A stretch of 64,000 bases of DNA. It comes from Octopus sinensis (Eukaryota). Of the stretch, positions 1 through 11,079 are shown one piece after another. The stretch lies in NCBI RefSeq assembly GCF_006345805.1, contig NC_043006.1:64418001-64482000 (forward strand), read 5' to 3'. The number at the start of each line of letters is the position of its first letter. Position 1 is the stretch's first letter. The notes beneath the pieces were generated by a model. That model was given only the letters and a program-made list of their open reading frames with translations, was not told where the DNA came from and did not search any database. Position numbers and translations under genes: made by a program.

Positions 1-489
1 ACTCTTAAAAATGCTAGGTAAATTGTAATTGAAGAAATCCTATATTGTAGATTTGTATAACTCCCAAAGGGAGGCAGATAAAATCTGCCTTTTATAATAA
101 GAGATGTGTTCGGTTGAGTTTGTAAGGCTCAAAAGCTATTTCTTAACAGATCATACCTTTTAAACGGCTTACGGTAAATCAGCGGACCCTGATTTCGTCA
201 GCATTGTTTTATACCAAAACTGTCATAGAGGGTAAAAAAATTACCTTATTCGAAGACATATGAGACAATGTATCAAAGAATCACCCCGAGTCTATGATGC
301 GAAGTTGCTTTAACTATTACATGCTTTAATGCATCAAAGAAAAAAATCTCAGTGGTGTTGTGCTGTTAAAATTGTGGGACGTCTAATATATGCGTGTGTT
401 TTTTTATGCCACCAAATACGTTGACTATTTTGAACTTCCTTCAAACTTATGAATTCATAATCATGTTCGTTATCGTCAGATATCTATCA

Positions 490-1040
490 TACTATGAACG
501 TCTTGCTTCCCTGGACATGGACATATTAAAGCTCTGACATTTAGAAACTGACTTGGTGGATACCTTCAAGATTACTCACCATCTTTCCAGCGGCAAGCTT
601 AAGCACCCTTTTGAATTCTGTTTGTCTAACATTCTTGAACATGCGTACAAAATAAAAAGAACAACTCAGTACCAATGACTTTCGGAAACATTTTTTCACG
701 CTTAGAATTGCTGAAGCATGGAAGAAGCTACCAGCTGCGAGCTGGCAGAAACGTTAGCACGCCGGGCGAAATACGGCTAAGTATTTCGCCTGCCGCTACG
801 TTCTAAGTTCAAATTCCGCCGAGGTCGACTTTGCCTTTCATCCTTTCGGGGTCGATAAATTAAGTACCAGTTACGCACTGGGGGTCAATGTAATCGACTT
901 AATCCGTTTGTCCTCTCTGTATTTAGCCCCTTGTGGGCAATAAAGACATAAAAAGCTACCCGCATCAGATGTTAGCTGTCGCGACATTGCATCTTTCAAG
1001 ACGTCCGTGCTTCCTGAAATTCGCCAGCAGTACACCTAAT
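490..1040 (+). mobile_element. CR1/L2-type LINE 3' fragment, interrupted by a SINE
   Basis: Broken translation DLVDTFKITHH...HAYKI...; it resumes after the SINE as ASDVSCRDIASFKTS, typical of a CR1-group ORF2 C-terminus. Confidence 0.55.
733..952 (+). mobile_element. tRNA-headed SINE (Meta-like body) with Tx1-type tail
   Basis: A-box TGGCAGAAACGTTA, B-box-like GTTCAAATTCC, body GCCTTTCATCCTTTCGGGGTCGATAAATTAAGTACCAG, tail GCCCCTTGTGGGCAATAAAG; 8 bp TSD AAGCTACC at 725-732 and 953-960. Confidence 0.85.
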
Positions 1041-2134
1041 GTCCCTGCTCTCTTATTCTTAAAACGGTTCACCCCCCACCCCTAAATTGGTTTTGTTTCA
1101 AAATTTGAAACAAACATTTAGATTTCTATCATGGAACCCGTAATGGTTGGAGTCAAACATCACTCGGTAGCTTTTCCTATTTACACTTTACCACTTGCCA
1201 TTACATACTAAATACCTACCATATTTGATGTCATATAAAACGCACTTTTATTTCAAAATACGTCTCAAAAATGTCGCCCTAGGTCCTATATGCGAAGTTG
1301 GGCCTCTCATGAGCTGATTTTGTCCCTGACACTCACTACTAAAGACTAATTTTAATCCAGACTCCATAGCCTGACTCCATTATAATAATATTGACTTCAA
1401 CATTATTATTACTTCTAACGTAAAAAAAATTATCATAACAATGGAGCGGCGACGTTCACCACTACAAGCTAATACATCACGTCTAAATATGCTTAAACAC
1501 ACTCCTATAAATATTGAACTGGAATTCACAGAGGAAGGGGCATAACTGAAAGTAAATGTCGCTAGTGGTTAAAAACTAACCTAGAAAACATTAACATTAA
1601 GACCGCAAAGAAATGTCTCCATCAAGCTTTAGTGCACTAGAAACTTCTCTCTTGAATATCTAACGCTGAAATTTGCATTTATGATGCCATCAAATACGGT
1701 TATAAAGTTTTTCTACGCAACTTTTGCACAATCTTAATGAATAATCTCCCTTACAAGCAAAGGCTAGATTTATTACTCAGTACCTTTCTTAAAATACACC
1801 GGTACTCTAACAGAAGCAACGTATAGATTACACTGTTCTAGTAACTACTACTGACTGTCGATTGCTTCTGGGTGAGGCTGCTATTCATTGGTGGTGGGAT
1901 TGATGGCTGCTGACTTCAAATAAGGAGGAAGAAATTGTTCAAGGAAACTGAACTCTCATTCAGCAACAATAATCAGAGATCTCTACTGCTTCAATTTAAA
2001 TCATTACCTGTTAATACTTTTCCGAAATTTTTACTCCACATATACCAACGGTCCACTGTTTTTCCTTAATTTCAAAACTGAACAGTTATCCTACTGCCAC
2101 CAACGGGTTAATTGTCAGTAGTTTCACAAAGTAT

Positions 2135-2985
2135 CATTATTTTTATTCTTTCCATTTCACGTCCCAGAGCCCTCGATTTCGCTTCTTCCGGCTAATTCTT
2201 TAAGCGCAGACAACAACCTGTTGTCAAAGGTTTCACAGGCCTCTTTCCATGATACTTAACACAAATCTCAAAACCCTTCCTGTCCCCCTAAAAAAGCAGT
2301 TTGCTGAGCATGTCATATCCCCATAATGCGATCTCTACAGTGAATAACTTACACTTGGTTGTTAATTTTTCCCAGTGCCCCTAAAACTATTGGGATGGCT
2401 GTTATTCTCATTACCTACGTTCGTACAATTTCGTCTTTTGGTAGCTTGTATTTTTCAATCTTTATCACCCATCCGTGCATCCCCTGGTATGGCAATATCC
2501 ATGATCTTGATTTCCTTCTTCCTTTTATCCACTACAACAGAATCTAGTCTCCGAGCATCAATCACCGAGTCACAATGGAATGTAAAATCCTATAAGACTT
2601 TATTCTCATTATTTTCGGTGACACTTTCTGGTTTATACTCTTACCATTTCAATGTCCTTTCACGTCCGTACTTCTCACACAATCTCCAGTGAACAAACTT
2701 AGCCACGTTATTGTGCCTCCTTTTGTATTCCCTTTGAGCCACTTTGCTACACTCACAATATGTGAGATTGTTTCATTCTTGCTGCCAAACATCCTCGAAG
2801 GGGCGATTCACTATACTTATCTATATGGAACTTGGTGTAATTAGTTCTCAGAGCTTATACCTGAGTCCTGCACATCAATGCCTCAGTGCATCTTTTCGAA
2901 TCACTTTTCATTAGCCACCTCCAAGTGTTGGACTTGTATTTCCCTTCCATTTCTATGATGTATTGCCCACGCATAGTTTTCATTA
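2135..2985 (-). mobile_element. Dong/R4-clade non-LTR retrotransposon 3' fragment (CCHC zinc finger plus restriction-like endonuclease), degenerate
   Basis: Minus-strand frames give ALRTNYTKFHID, SHIVSECSKVAQREYKRRHNNVA, RLDSVVVDK..KIMDIAIP, IPIVLGALG, with stops and frameshifts. Confidence 0.8.
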
Positions 2986-3020
2986 TCATCATCATCATCA
3001 TCATCATCTCATCATCATCA

Positions 3021-3067
<47 letters not shown>

Positions 3068-3069
3068 AA

Positions 3070-3545
3070 GGGTGGCAAGCTGGCAGAATCGTTAGCACGC
3101 TGGACGAAATGCTCAGCGGTATTTCGTCCGTCACAACGTTCTGAGTTCAAATTCCGCTGAGGTCGACTTTGCTTTTCATCCTTTCGGGGTCGATAAATTA
3201 AGTGCTAGTTGAGTACTGGGGTCGATCTAATCAACTCCCCACAAAATTTCAGGCCTTGTGCTTTTAGTAGAAAAGATCCTCCTCCTCATCATCATCATCA
3301 TTTATTAACTACTACTACTACTATCACTAAGGCGTCGAGGTGGCAGAAACGTTACCGCGCCGGAAAAATTGCTTAGAGGTATTTCTTCCGTCTTCACGTT
3401 TCGAGTTCAAATTCCGCCGAAGTCGACATTCTCTTTCGTTCTTCGGAATCGATAAGATAGGTAGCAGTCAAGTACTGGGGTCGATGTAATCGATTACTCC
3501 TTCCCTAAATTGTTGGCCTTAGACAAAACTGAAAAGGTTTTTGTT
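3070..3545 (+). mobile_element. Two adjacent copies of the Meta-like SINE with an alternative tail (...AAATTTCAGGCCTTGTG...AGTAGAAAAG)
   Basis: Same head and body as 733-952 at 3070-3285 and 3331-3545, but a different 3' tail ending in trinucleotide repeats. Confidence 0.8.
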
Positions 3546-3889
3546 GTTGTTGTTGTTGTTGTTAAACACTCCTGTCACAGCCTGGGACCTTGAAGACTGC
3601 TATAATGCAAGAAAGTATACTAGTCCCTTAATATTTTATATTCAATATTTCATCTATTCAATAAGACAATCAATACTTCATTTCATTTTACTATATATAT
3701 ATTATTTATACTATATATTCTATATTCTACATTAATATTATAAAGACTATAAATAAAACATAAAAAACAGAGTTGGAATTTCTTTGAATAATATATATCC
3801 CTCTATACACAATCATACAAACCCCAGTCACCATGATAGATCGTTAGCCACTACACACATTTTTTTCTCTCCTTGTTTTTTCTGTGTTC

Positions 3890-3925
3890 CTTTCTGTAGA
3901 AGAGCGTAGGCTCGAAACGTAAAAG
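3890..3925 (+). ncRNA. Minimal hammerhead-like motif in a Penelope-terminus-type repeat
   Basis: CTTT-CTGTAGA-A-GAGC gtag GCTC-GAAACGT-A-AAAG. Related copies at 4535-4570 (-) and 52667-52701 (+). The core is non-canonical. Confidence 0.45.
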
Positions 3926-4038
3926 ACTTTTTCTATTCCTGAGCATTATACTAATACATCTGTTTGTTTTGTACACCACCTGTCTTCGTCTTTTGTTTTT
4001 TTCGTAAACTCTCCCTATATATATATATATATATATAC

Positions 4039-4232
4039 CTGTAAATATAATATGCGACAATTATTCGGTACCCATGATAAAACTCCGAGTTTCGGATGTC
4101 GGGCGGAAACCCACGCCGACATCTCTTCAGTAATCGGGCCCTGAAGAGAGGTCGGCGTGGGTTCCGCCCCGACATCTGAAACTCGGAGTTTTATCATGGC
4201 TACCGAATAATTGTCACATATTACATTTACAG
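4039..4232. repeat. Near-perfect 194 bp palindrome with two outward-facing hammerhead-like motifs
   Basis: Arms 4039-4130 and 4141-4232 with a 10 nt loop; each arm reads CTGAAGA-GA(T/G)GTCGG...CCGACATC-(C/T)GAAACTCGGAGTT. Confidence 0.85.
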
Positions 4233-4309
4233 ATAAATTCCTCTATTTACATAATATCGAGGTCTCTTTCATTCTTTTGTTGTCTTGCCATTTCTATCAA
4301 TATATATAT

Positions 4310-4500
4310 ATATGTCCATTCTCCCTCATTCTCTCGCCAGTCGCCTCCATGTTGTTCCAAACACCTTTCTTAAATCATCTTCCCACCTGATTGGAGGTCG
4401 TCTGAGTGGTCTTTTCTGCTCGCGCGGGTACAACTGCACGGGTCCACCGATTGTCTGTGATGACCAGTCCATCGTAGCCTTTGCGTGGCGGCATTCTCGG
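4310..4500 (-). mobile_element. RTE-clade LINE ORF2 C-terminal fragment
   Basis: Translation PREQKRPLRRPPIRWEDDLRKVFGTTWRRLAR matches the RTE motif P.xKRPxGRPPxRWxDDL..W.R.A. Confidence 0.7.
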
Positions 4501-4761
4501 ACAAAAATGGGAAAGATGGAAAAAATGGAAAAGACTTTAACGTTTCGACCCTGGCCTCTTCGACAGAAAGGGATGAGAGGAAGATAAACGGAGAGAGAAA
4601 ATAAGCATGTCGGGATTAATGGTTACACACACACACACGCACACACAGTCACACATACACAATCACACACATTCTCACGCACACATGCACGCAAGCATAC
4701 ATACACACACACACAATCAGACACACAAACGCACGCACGCGCACACATACACACTCACACA

Positions 4762-4800
<39 letters not shown>

Positions 4801-5004
4801 CTGCACCTCCGAAATACATCAAGTATTTCTATTGAAACAATTAGTATAGTCCTACAGAGTTGTGTCCCTTGGGCTGTTATTCAAAAGAGATTAGTAAAAT
4901 TTCAAAACAAGCACTAGTTGAGTACTTTGGTCGATGTTATCGACTTAACCCCTCCCCCGCCCAATTTCAGGCCTTGTACCTATAGTAGAAAGGATTATTA
5001 TTAT

Positions 5005-5770
5005 TGCTGTTATTATCATTATCATTCAGTAGTCTTATTTTTATCACGTGCTTTCACTTCACTACCGAGCGCAGCTCTGTGTGCCTTGGGTACATGCTGT
5101 GGTTTGTTGTGATGCTCTTATTGTTACTGTATTGAAAGTGTTTTAAGTAGGATGTGTGCGGTACCTATAGTGCTATTTTCTGTATGTTATATATATTTGT
5201 TAGTCCTTGTGTTTTTTTTTATGTATTTGTCTGAATATCTTTTTTATCAAACCTAATGCGCCCACTATGATAGGAATTGTTTCTGCTTTTAGATTCCACA
5301 TTTGAGTTACCTCTGTTTTCAGGTCTTTGTATTTTAGAAGTTTCTCCATTTCTTTTAGAAAATCTTTGTCATCTGTTTCAAAACAAGTACCAGTTGAGTA
5401 CTGGGTCGATGTTATCGACTTAACCCCTCCTCCGCCCAATTAGAATTCATTTTTTTCTTGGTGATCTCTAACAACTATATCTGGCCTGTTGGCCTTCAAT
5501 TCTCTATCTGTATGTATTGGCATATCTCATAGTATGGTTGCTTTCTCATTTTCTGTGACCTTTTCTGGCGTGTGCCTATACCATTTTTTTTTCTGTTGTT
5601 AGTCCATAGTGTTGGCATAGCATCCAGTGTATATAGGTCCCAACTCCGTCGTGTCTGTGAATATATTCCTTCTTAGCCAAGACTGGACAGACAGTTTATT
5701 GTTTCTTGCCCATCTCCACATATTCTCCAGTTACTTTACTCCAGGTCCTCTTCGGGTCTGTCTCAAGTAC
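5005..5770 (-). mobile_element. Second Dong/R4-clade 3' fragment, ending in TAA-type repeats
   Basis: KKEYIHRHDGVGTYIHW, NRPDIVVRD, EMEKLLKYKDLKTEVTQMWNLKAETIPIIVGALGLIKK; a SINE piece is inserted near 5385-5440. Confidence 0.8.
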
Positions 5771-6174
5771 AACTGAAGAGGTGAGGGCATTGTCATTCAA
5801 TGATGATGTCTCAAAGCAGACAGACCCAGAAGCAAACCTGGAGTAGATAGAGCATAACTTTCATGAGGCTGCCAATGACAACGAAAGGATTTTGACGAAC
5901 CTAGCTGGGTGATTTATTGACCGAACGATTAATCAAACAATTGATTACTTAATTTGTTAAATAGTTAACCAATTGACAAATAAAGATAAAGAAGGGAAAT
6001 AGAACCTGTGCGTGTGTTCATTACTAGTATAATGACCCTCCCAAGATACAACAAAAGCTGTTTCCACACAAGAATTGGTATCAAGAATCTTGTAGGCCAA
6101 ATACAAAAGCAAGAAAAAGACGAATAAGATGGAAACCCTTTATTTTATTTCCTCGTTTAAAAGGGGGTTGCAGG

Positions 6175-6362
6175 TGACGAGATGATAGAACTGTTAGCAC
6201 ACCGGATGCAATGCTTATCGGCATTTCTTCCGCTGGGGTCGACTTTGACTTTCATCCTTTCGGAGGTCGATGAAATAGGTAGCAGTCAAGTACTGGGGTA
6301 GATGTAATCGACTACCCCCACCTCCCAAATTGCTTACCTTGTGCAAATAGTAAAAAGGAAAT
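6175..6362 (+). mobile_element. Diverged Meta-like SINE copy
   Basis: GTCGACTTTGACTTTCATCCTTTCGGAGGTCGATGAAATAGGTAG body preceded by a decayed tRNA-like head. Confidence 0.6.
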
Positions 6363-6544
6363 TCTAAAAAGTGTACGGTGGGGGAAATTTGACTAGTATT
6401 TTAAATTTTAGAAGCTAATGTTAGAGTCTAATGGTAATTCGTCAGTTTGTGAAACACTAGGATAATGCGCCCTTTCTGGCTTCCTCCCCGCTTTCCTTCT
6501 TTCTTTCATTCATTCATTTAATCATAACAACACACACACACACA

Positions 6545-7839
6545 CAGGGTGCGAAGGGTAAATTGTCGCCATTTTAATTTTCACTTTCGTGCATGCACAT
6601 TGTTTGTTTTTGATTTTGCGGTCTACACAGTATAGTAGGTTCAGTTGGGCACCGTCTGTGAGAAAAACAGCATCATGAAGCAATTCAGTTTGCCAGAAAA
6701 TTGAAAACCACATGATGTACTGCTTGGCATTAGCGCCGGAACCTCCAATACGAACATTTCAGGGTGTTTGTATGTCCATCTGAGGACAGTGCAGAGGAAT
6801 CGGAAAAAGTTAGATGAGTCTAATGGTGATTACGAAGATACCGCAGCTCGGAAAACTCATTCTGATCATTCTTATGAGAAAAGACCTCCTGAATTTGTTG
6901 GTGAGATCCATTCATGATTGACAACGATCCCTCCAAGTCAATTAGGTCCATTGCCAGGGACATGGGAATGTCTGAGTTTCTTATCAAGCATCTAGTGCAT
7001 GAAAACATTCAGTATTCCTCATACAAAATGAAAAAGGGCCAATTTTCATCCCAAACCATCAAGGTCAAGAAGAAAGACTGCGCTACGAAGCTTTTGAACA
7101 AACTCGGGCATCCCCTCCAACCGAAAATGCTTTGGCTTTTCTCAGACGAGAAAAATTCTGCCAGGATCAGATGGTGAACACACAGAACAACCGTTGGCTT
7201 GCGATATCCCCAAAACATGTACCGAAAGTGATAAAAATCAAACATCCAGTCATGGTGTTTAGAGTGATCACTTGTGATAACGACGTTATGCCTCCATTCA
7301 TCTTCCCACACGGCCTCAGAATCAACACGGAGGCCAACATCAAGTGCCTGCAGGAGGTAGTGCTGCCCTAGGTCAAGAGTGTGGCTGCTGGAAGATCTTA
7401 TGTCTGGCAGCAGGAATCTGCACCATGCCACACAAGCAGAAGAACCCAGTCATGGCTGTCAGACAATTTCTGCGACCACATCACCTCTAACATTTGGCCA
7501 CCGAACTCCCCAGACTGCAATACTCTTGATTATTCTATGTGGGGCGCAGTTGAGCGAGAGACCAACAAAACTCCTTGAAACATCAAAGATGAAATGAAGG
7601 CAAGGATTATAGCAGCATTCACCAACTTAAACAAGGAGACCGTTCAGAATAGCTGCAAGAAATTCCGAAGTCGTCTGGAGGCCGAGGTTGAAATCAATGG
7701 CGATCTTATTGAATAAAATTTACTCTTTAGTATTTCAAGATATTTTTATGTAATTTTGGTAAATATATCTGTTAAAATGAGATGTCAGTGTTATTTTCAT
7801 TTTTCTATAATTTAAACGACAATTTATTCACCGCATCTG
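6545..7839 (+). mobile_element. maT/DD37D-type Tc1/mariner transposon with frameshifted transposase
   Basis: WLFSDEK, then WQQESAPCHT...WPPNSPDCNTLDY (37 residues between second and third catalytic positions). Imperfect TIRs CAGGGTGCGAAGGGTAAATTGTCG / CGACAATTTATTCACCGCATCTG; flanked by (CA)n. Confidence 0.85.
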
Positions 7840-7841
7840 TA

Positions 7842-7863
7842 CACACACACACACACACACACA

Positions 7864-7957
<94 letters not shown>

Positions 7958-8022
7958 ACACACACACTCTCTCTCTCTCACACACACACACACACTCTCT
8001 CTCTCTCACACACACACACACA

Positions 8023-8066
<44 letters not shown>

Positions 8067-8075
8067 ACAACACAA
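7842..8075. repeat. Compound (CA)n/(CT)n minisatellite
   Basis: Alternating AC and TC blocks repeated several times. Confidence 0.95.
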
Positions 8076-8937
8076 CACATATATATTATAATGCGTTGCT
8101 CAGTTGATTACATACATTACCACACGATACTTCGATCTTGATCAGAGTTGATCGATCTGAGGCTACAAAACAAGCCCAGTATTCGGTGCCTTAGGTTTTG
8201 CCTAACAACCTGACAATAAGCACCCCTTTCTCCCAGTTATGACAGAATTCTGAATACATCCAAAAATAGTAGCTTATAATATTATACCGATGTACGATAT
8301 TGAATCAAACCATGTAGTTGAGAAGAGAGCTTTCTAACCATACAGCCATGCATTCACTCTGTACGATCAATATAAAATGCCGGCCCTGCAGGAGAGTCCC
8401 TAACCAACACACCACAAACACAGGCTCGCACACTCGTTATTTCTCTCTAACTATTCTACTCCTACTACAAAGTCCTGCATATCACCGCCACTTCAGACGA
8501 CCGTCTGATACTTCTGCCCGTCTCCTCTCGTCAATCTCACTTCCTCACTTCAGTGACTCCGCACTAACATTCAACAACGTGGAATTCTCTCCTTGCTAAC
8601 GTTTTCCTCCTATAGTTATTATCATATAGTAATTCGAACCAGCAATGGACGAGAATCGATCTGGGATCTAGTCTTTCTCATTCGCAAAATGAGCACCCCT
8701 TAATTTTTCTCAGATTGCTTTCAATTCTGGTGTATCGATGCAACTCTGAATTTTGATTACGATCAACCAATTACTTTATCTCGTAAATTAAAGAATCTGA
8801 TGTTATTTAGATTTAAAGTTGGGAAATTTGGGTAATTTTAACCAATCAACAGACTGCGTGGTATTAGCAGCTTGATCCTAGATCTTTCCAGTCTGGGAAG
8901 TGGGATCTACTCGGGGATGAACACTGAACCTCTTACG

Positions 8938-9292
8938 TTAAATAATAACCCTTTCTACTAGGCAGCGAGCCTGAAGTTTTGGGGGAGGAGGCTAGTCGAC
9001 CTCAGCAGAATTTGAACTCAGAACGTAAGAAACCGGAAGAAAAGCCACAAAGCATTTTGTCCGACGTGCTAACGATTAGGCCTGCTCGCAGCTGTCTATT
9101 CTTTCTACTGTAGGCTCAAGGCCTGCAATTTGTGGGGAGGGGGCTGGTCGATTACATCGACCCCAGTACTCGACTGGTACTTATTTCATAAGACAAGCCG
9201 ACAACGGTGGAATTCGAACCAAGAATGTAAGAGGCCGGAAGAAATGCCGCTAAGCTGTTTGTCCGAGGCGCTAACGCTTCTGCCAGCTTGAT
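8938..9292 (-). mobile_element. Two Meta-like SINE copies with the alternative tail, minus strand
   Basis: GAATTTGAACTCAGAACGTAAG and ACATCGACCCCAGTAC segments, each with a CTTTCTACT...GGCCTG tail. Confidence 0.7.
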
Positions 9293-9690
9293 TTGATAAT
9301 GACAAAACAAATACCACCTCCATCACCACCACAAGAACCATCGCTAATACCACCACCGCCACCACCACCACCACTGCCGCCGTTGATATCAACACTGCTA
9401 CTACCAACATCACTATCACCTCTACAACCATCACCGACACTGCCGCCGCCACCGCCGCCGTCACAACAACCACCATCACCGCCACCACCATCACCGCCAC
9501 CGCCATCACCGCCATCACCAACACCACCATTGCCGCCACAACAGCTATTGCCAGCAACACTGCTACTACCACCTCTACAACCAATATCAACCCCACCACT
9601 GCCACCATTGCCATCAACACTGCTACTTTTACTAACCTGATCACCACCATCACCATCGCCACCCTTACTCTCCACCGCCACCATCACTAT
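9293..9690. repeat. Degenerate (ACC/GCC/ATC)n trinucleotide tract
   Basis: Low-complexity sequence; it explains the Pro-, Gly- and Val-rich ORFs in the track. Confidence 0.9.
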
Positions 9691-10706
9691 CAATGTCATC
9701 TTCCACAGTAACTCTCACCAAAGAGGGTGTCTCTATGTGGTTGCTCGACTTGCTATAAATAGTAACCAAATCTCTCCCCTCTCCGCACCGTCTCCAAACA
9801 ACACCTCACCGTCTTAAAAAATGGGGAACGATATATTAGAAAATGGCTTCCCTGGACAGCTGCTCGAAAATGATTGAACGATCACAGTTGGAAGTCAGCG
9901 CTACCAAGCTTGGCCTGGGGTTAAATAGCAACAACAGTCGCCACAACCGCCACCACCACCGCCACCACTACTACTAGCATCTCCACGGCTAATCAATAAT
10001 ACCTACTACTACTACTACTACTACGATGACGACGACGGCGGCGGCGGCGCGGCGGCGGCGAAGTCGACTACAACAACTGCTGCTGCTACAACTATTACTA
10101 CTACTCTATTTTACTGACGTCATCTATTTTCTATCAGCAGTGACTTCATTTATTGTTTCTCTCTCTTCCTCCTCCTCTTTAGCTACTTTCACTTTCACTC
10201 TTGAGCTATAAATAGCTGCACGCTGTTACGTAATAAAACTGTGCACTCCTCTGCAGTATGCACGCTACTACGGAACATACCGCTGCACTACTATACTGAC
10301 ACACCACTATACTCTTCTCCGCTGCACAGTTCCATTAAAGTCGACAACCCGACTGGGGAACCTCAACGTGGTCGCTAGACCTACAAGAAATAGCAGTTAA
10401 GTCTCTCTGAAACCACACCTAACCGTTTTAAGAAATGAAAAACACTGTGGAAAACATAATTCTAGGTAAGCAGTGCCTCGGTAAAATATAGGATTGTCAT
10501 GGTTGGAATGCGTTTGGTCATATAGATCTGCTGGATAAGAGCTGACAAAGGTTAAATTAGAAACACCACTGCCACCATCATCAGTATCACCAATGCCACT
10601 TTCACCACCACCATCACCACCAATCCCAATAACAACGGACCAAAAGGAAGGGTCCGTGAACCCATTTGGTGCCTCTGATGATCTAATTCATGAGAACCAT
10701 TTAAAG

Positions 10707-10969
10707 CTGTGGTTCTCAACCGTTTTTTTTATTATCTATGGACCCTTTTTATTCTTATTTTACTTAGATGGACCCCCAAAGTCATTCGATATTTTTTTTA
10801 AATCCTATCGTATTTTCATAATTAAATATTATTAGGAAATGCATTTTTAAAAATTGTTTTAAAAATTTATATATTGTACAAATATAAGCAATTTATTTCT
10901 AATAAATATTAACAACAAAATCTTGTATGAACCCCCAAGGGCCATTTGGGTCCTGATTGAGAATCACTG
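10707..10969. mobile_element. hAT-type MITE
   Basis: TIRs CTGTGGTTCTCAACC / GATTGAGAATCACTG; near-matching 8 bp TSD ATTTAAAG / ATTGAAAG. Confidence 0.75.
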
Positions 10970-11079
10970 ATTGAAAGGATTCATAGATGTAGAAGAATCG
11001 AGTTCAGGCGTGCTCAGAAGCATTTTTTGTTAAGGGCGCTCGGATACTACTGGTTTAAGTACAATACTAGGGAGAGGCA

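Noticed and set aside
1-480. Possible Helitron-like repeat at the window start
   Set aside because: It is cut by the window edge and shows no diagnostic terminus or protein motif I could verify.
733-830. tRNA genes at SINE heads
   Set aside because: A and B boxes are present, but there is no cloverleaf and each head continues into a SINE body and tail.
9186-9699. Pro-, Gly- and Val-rich ORFs (also at 35883-36712 and 46185-46873)
   Set aside because: They are translations of degenerate trinucleotide tracts, open in several frames on both strands, with no splice or domain evidence.
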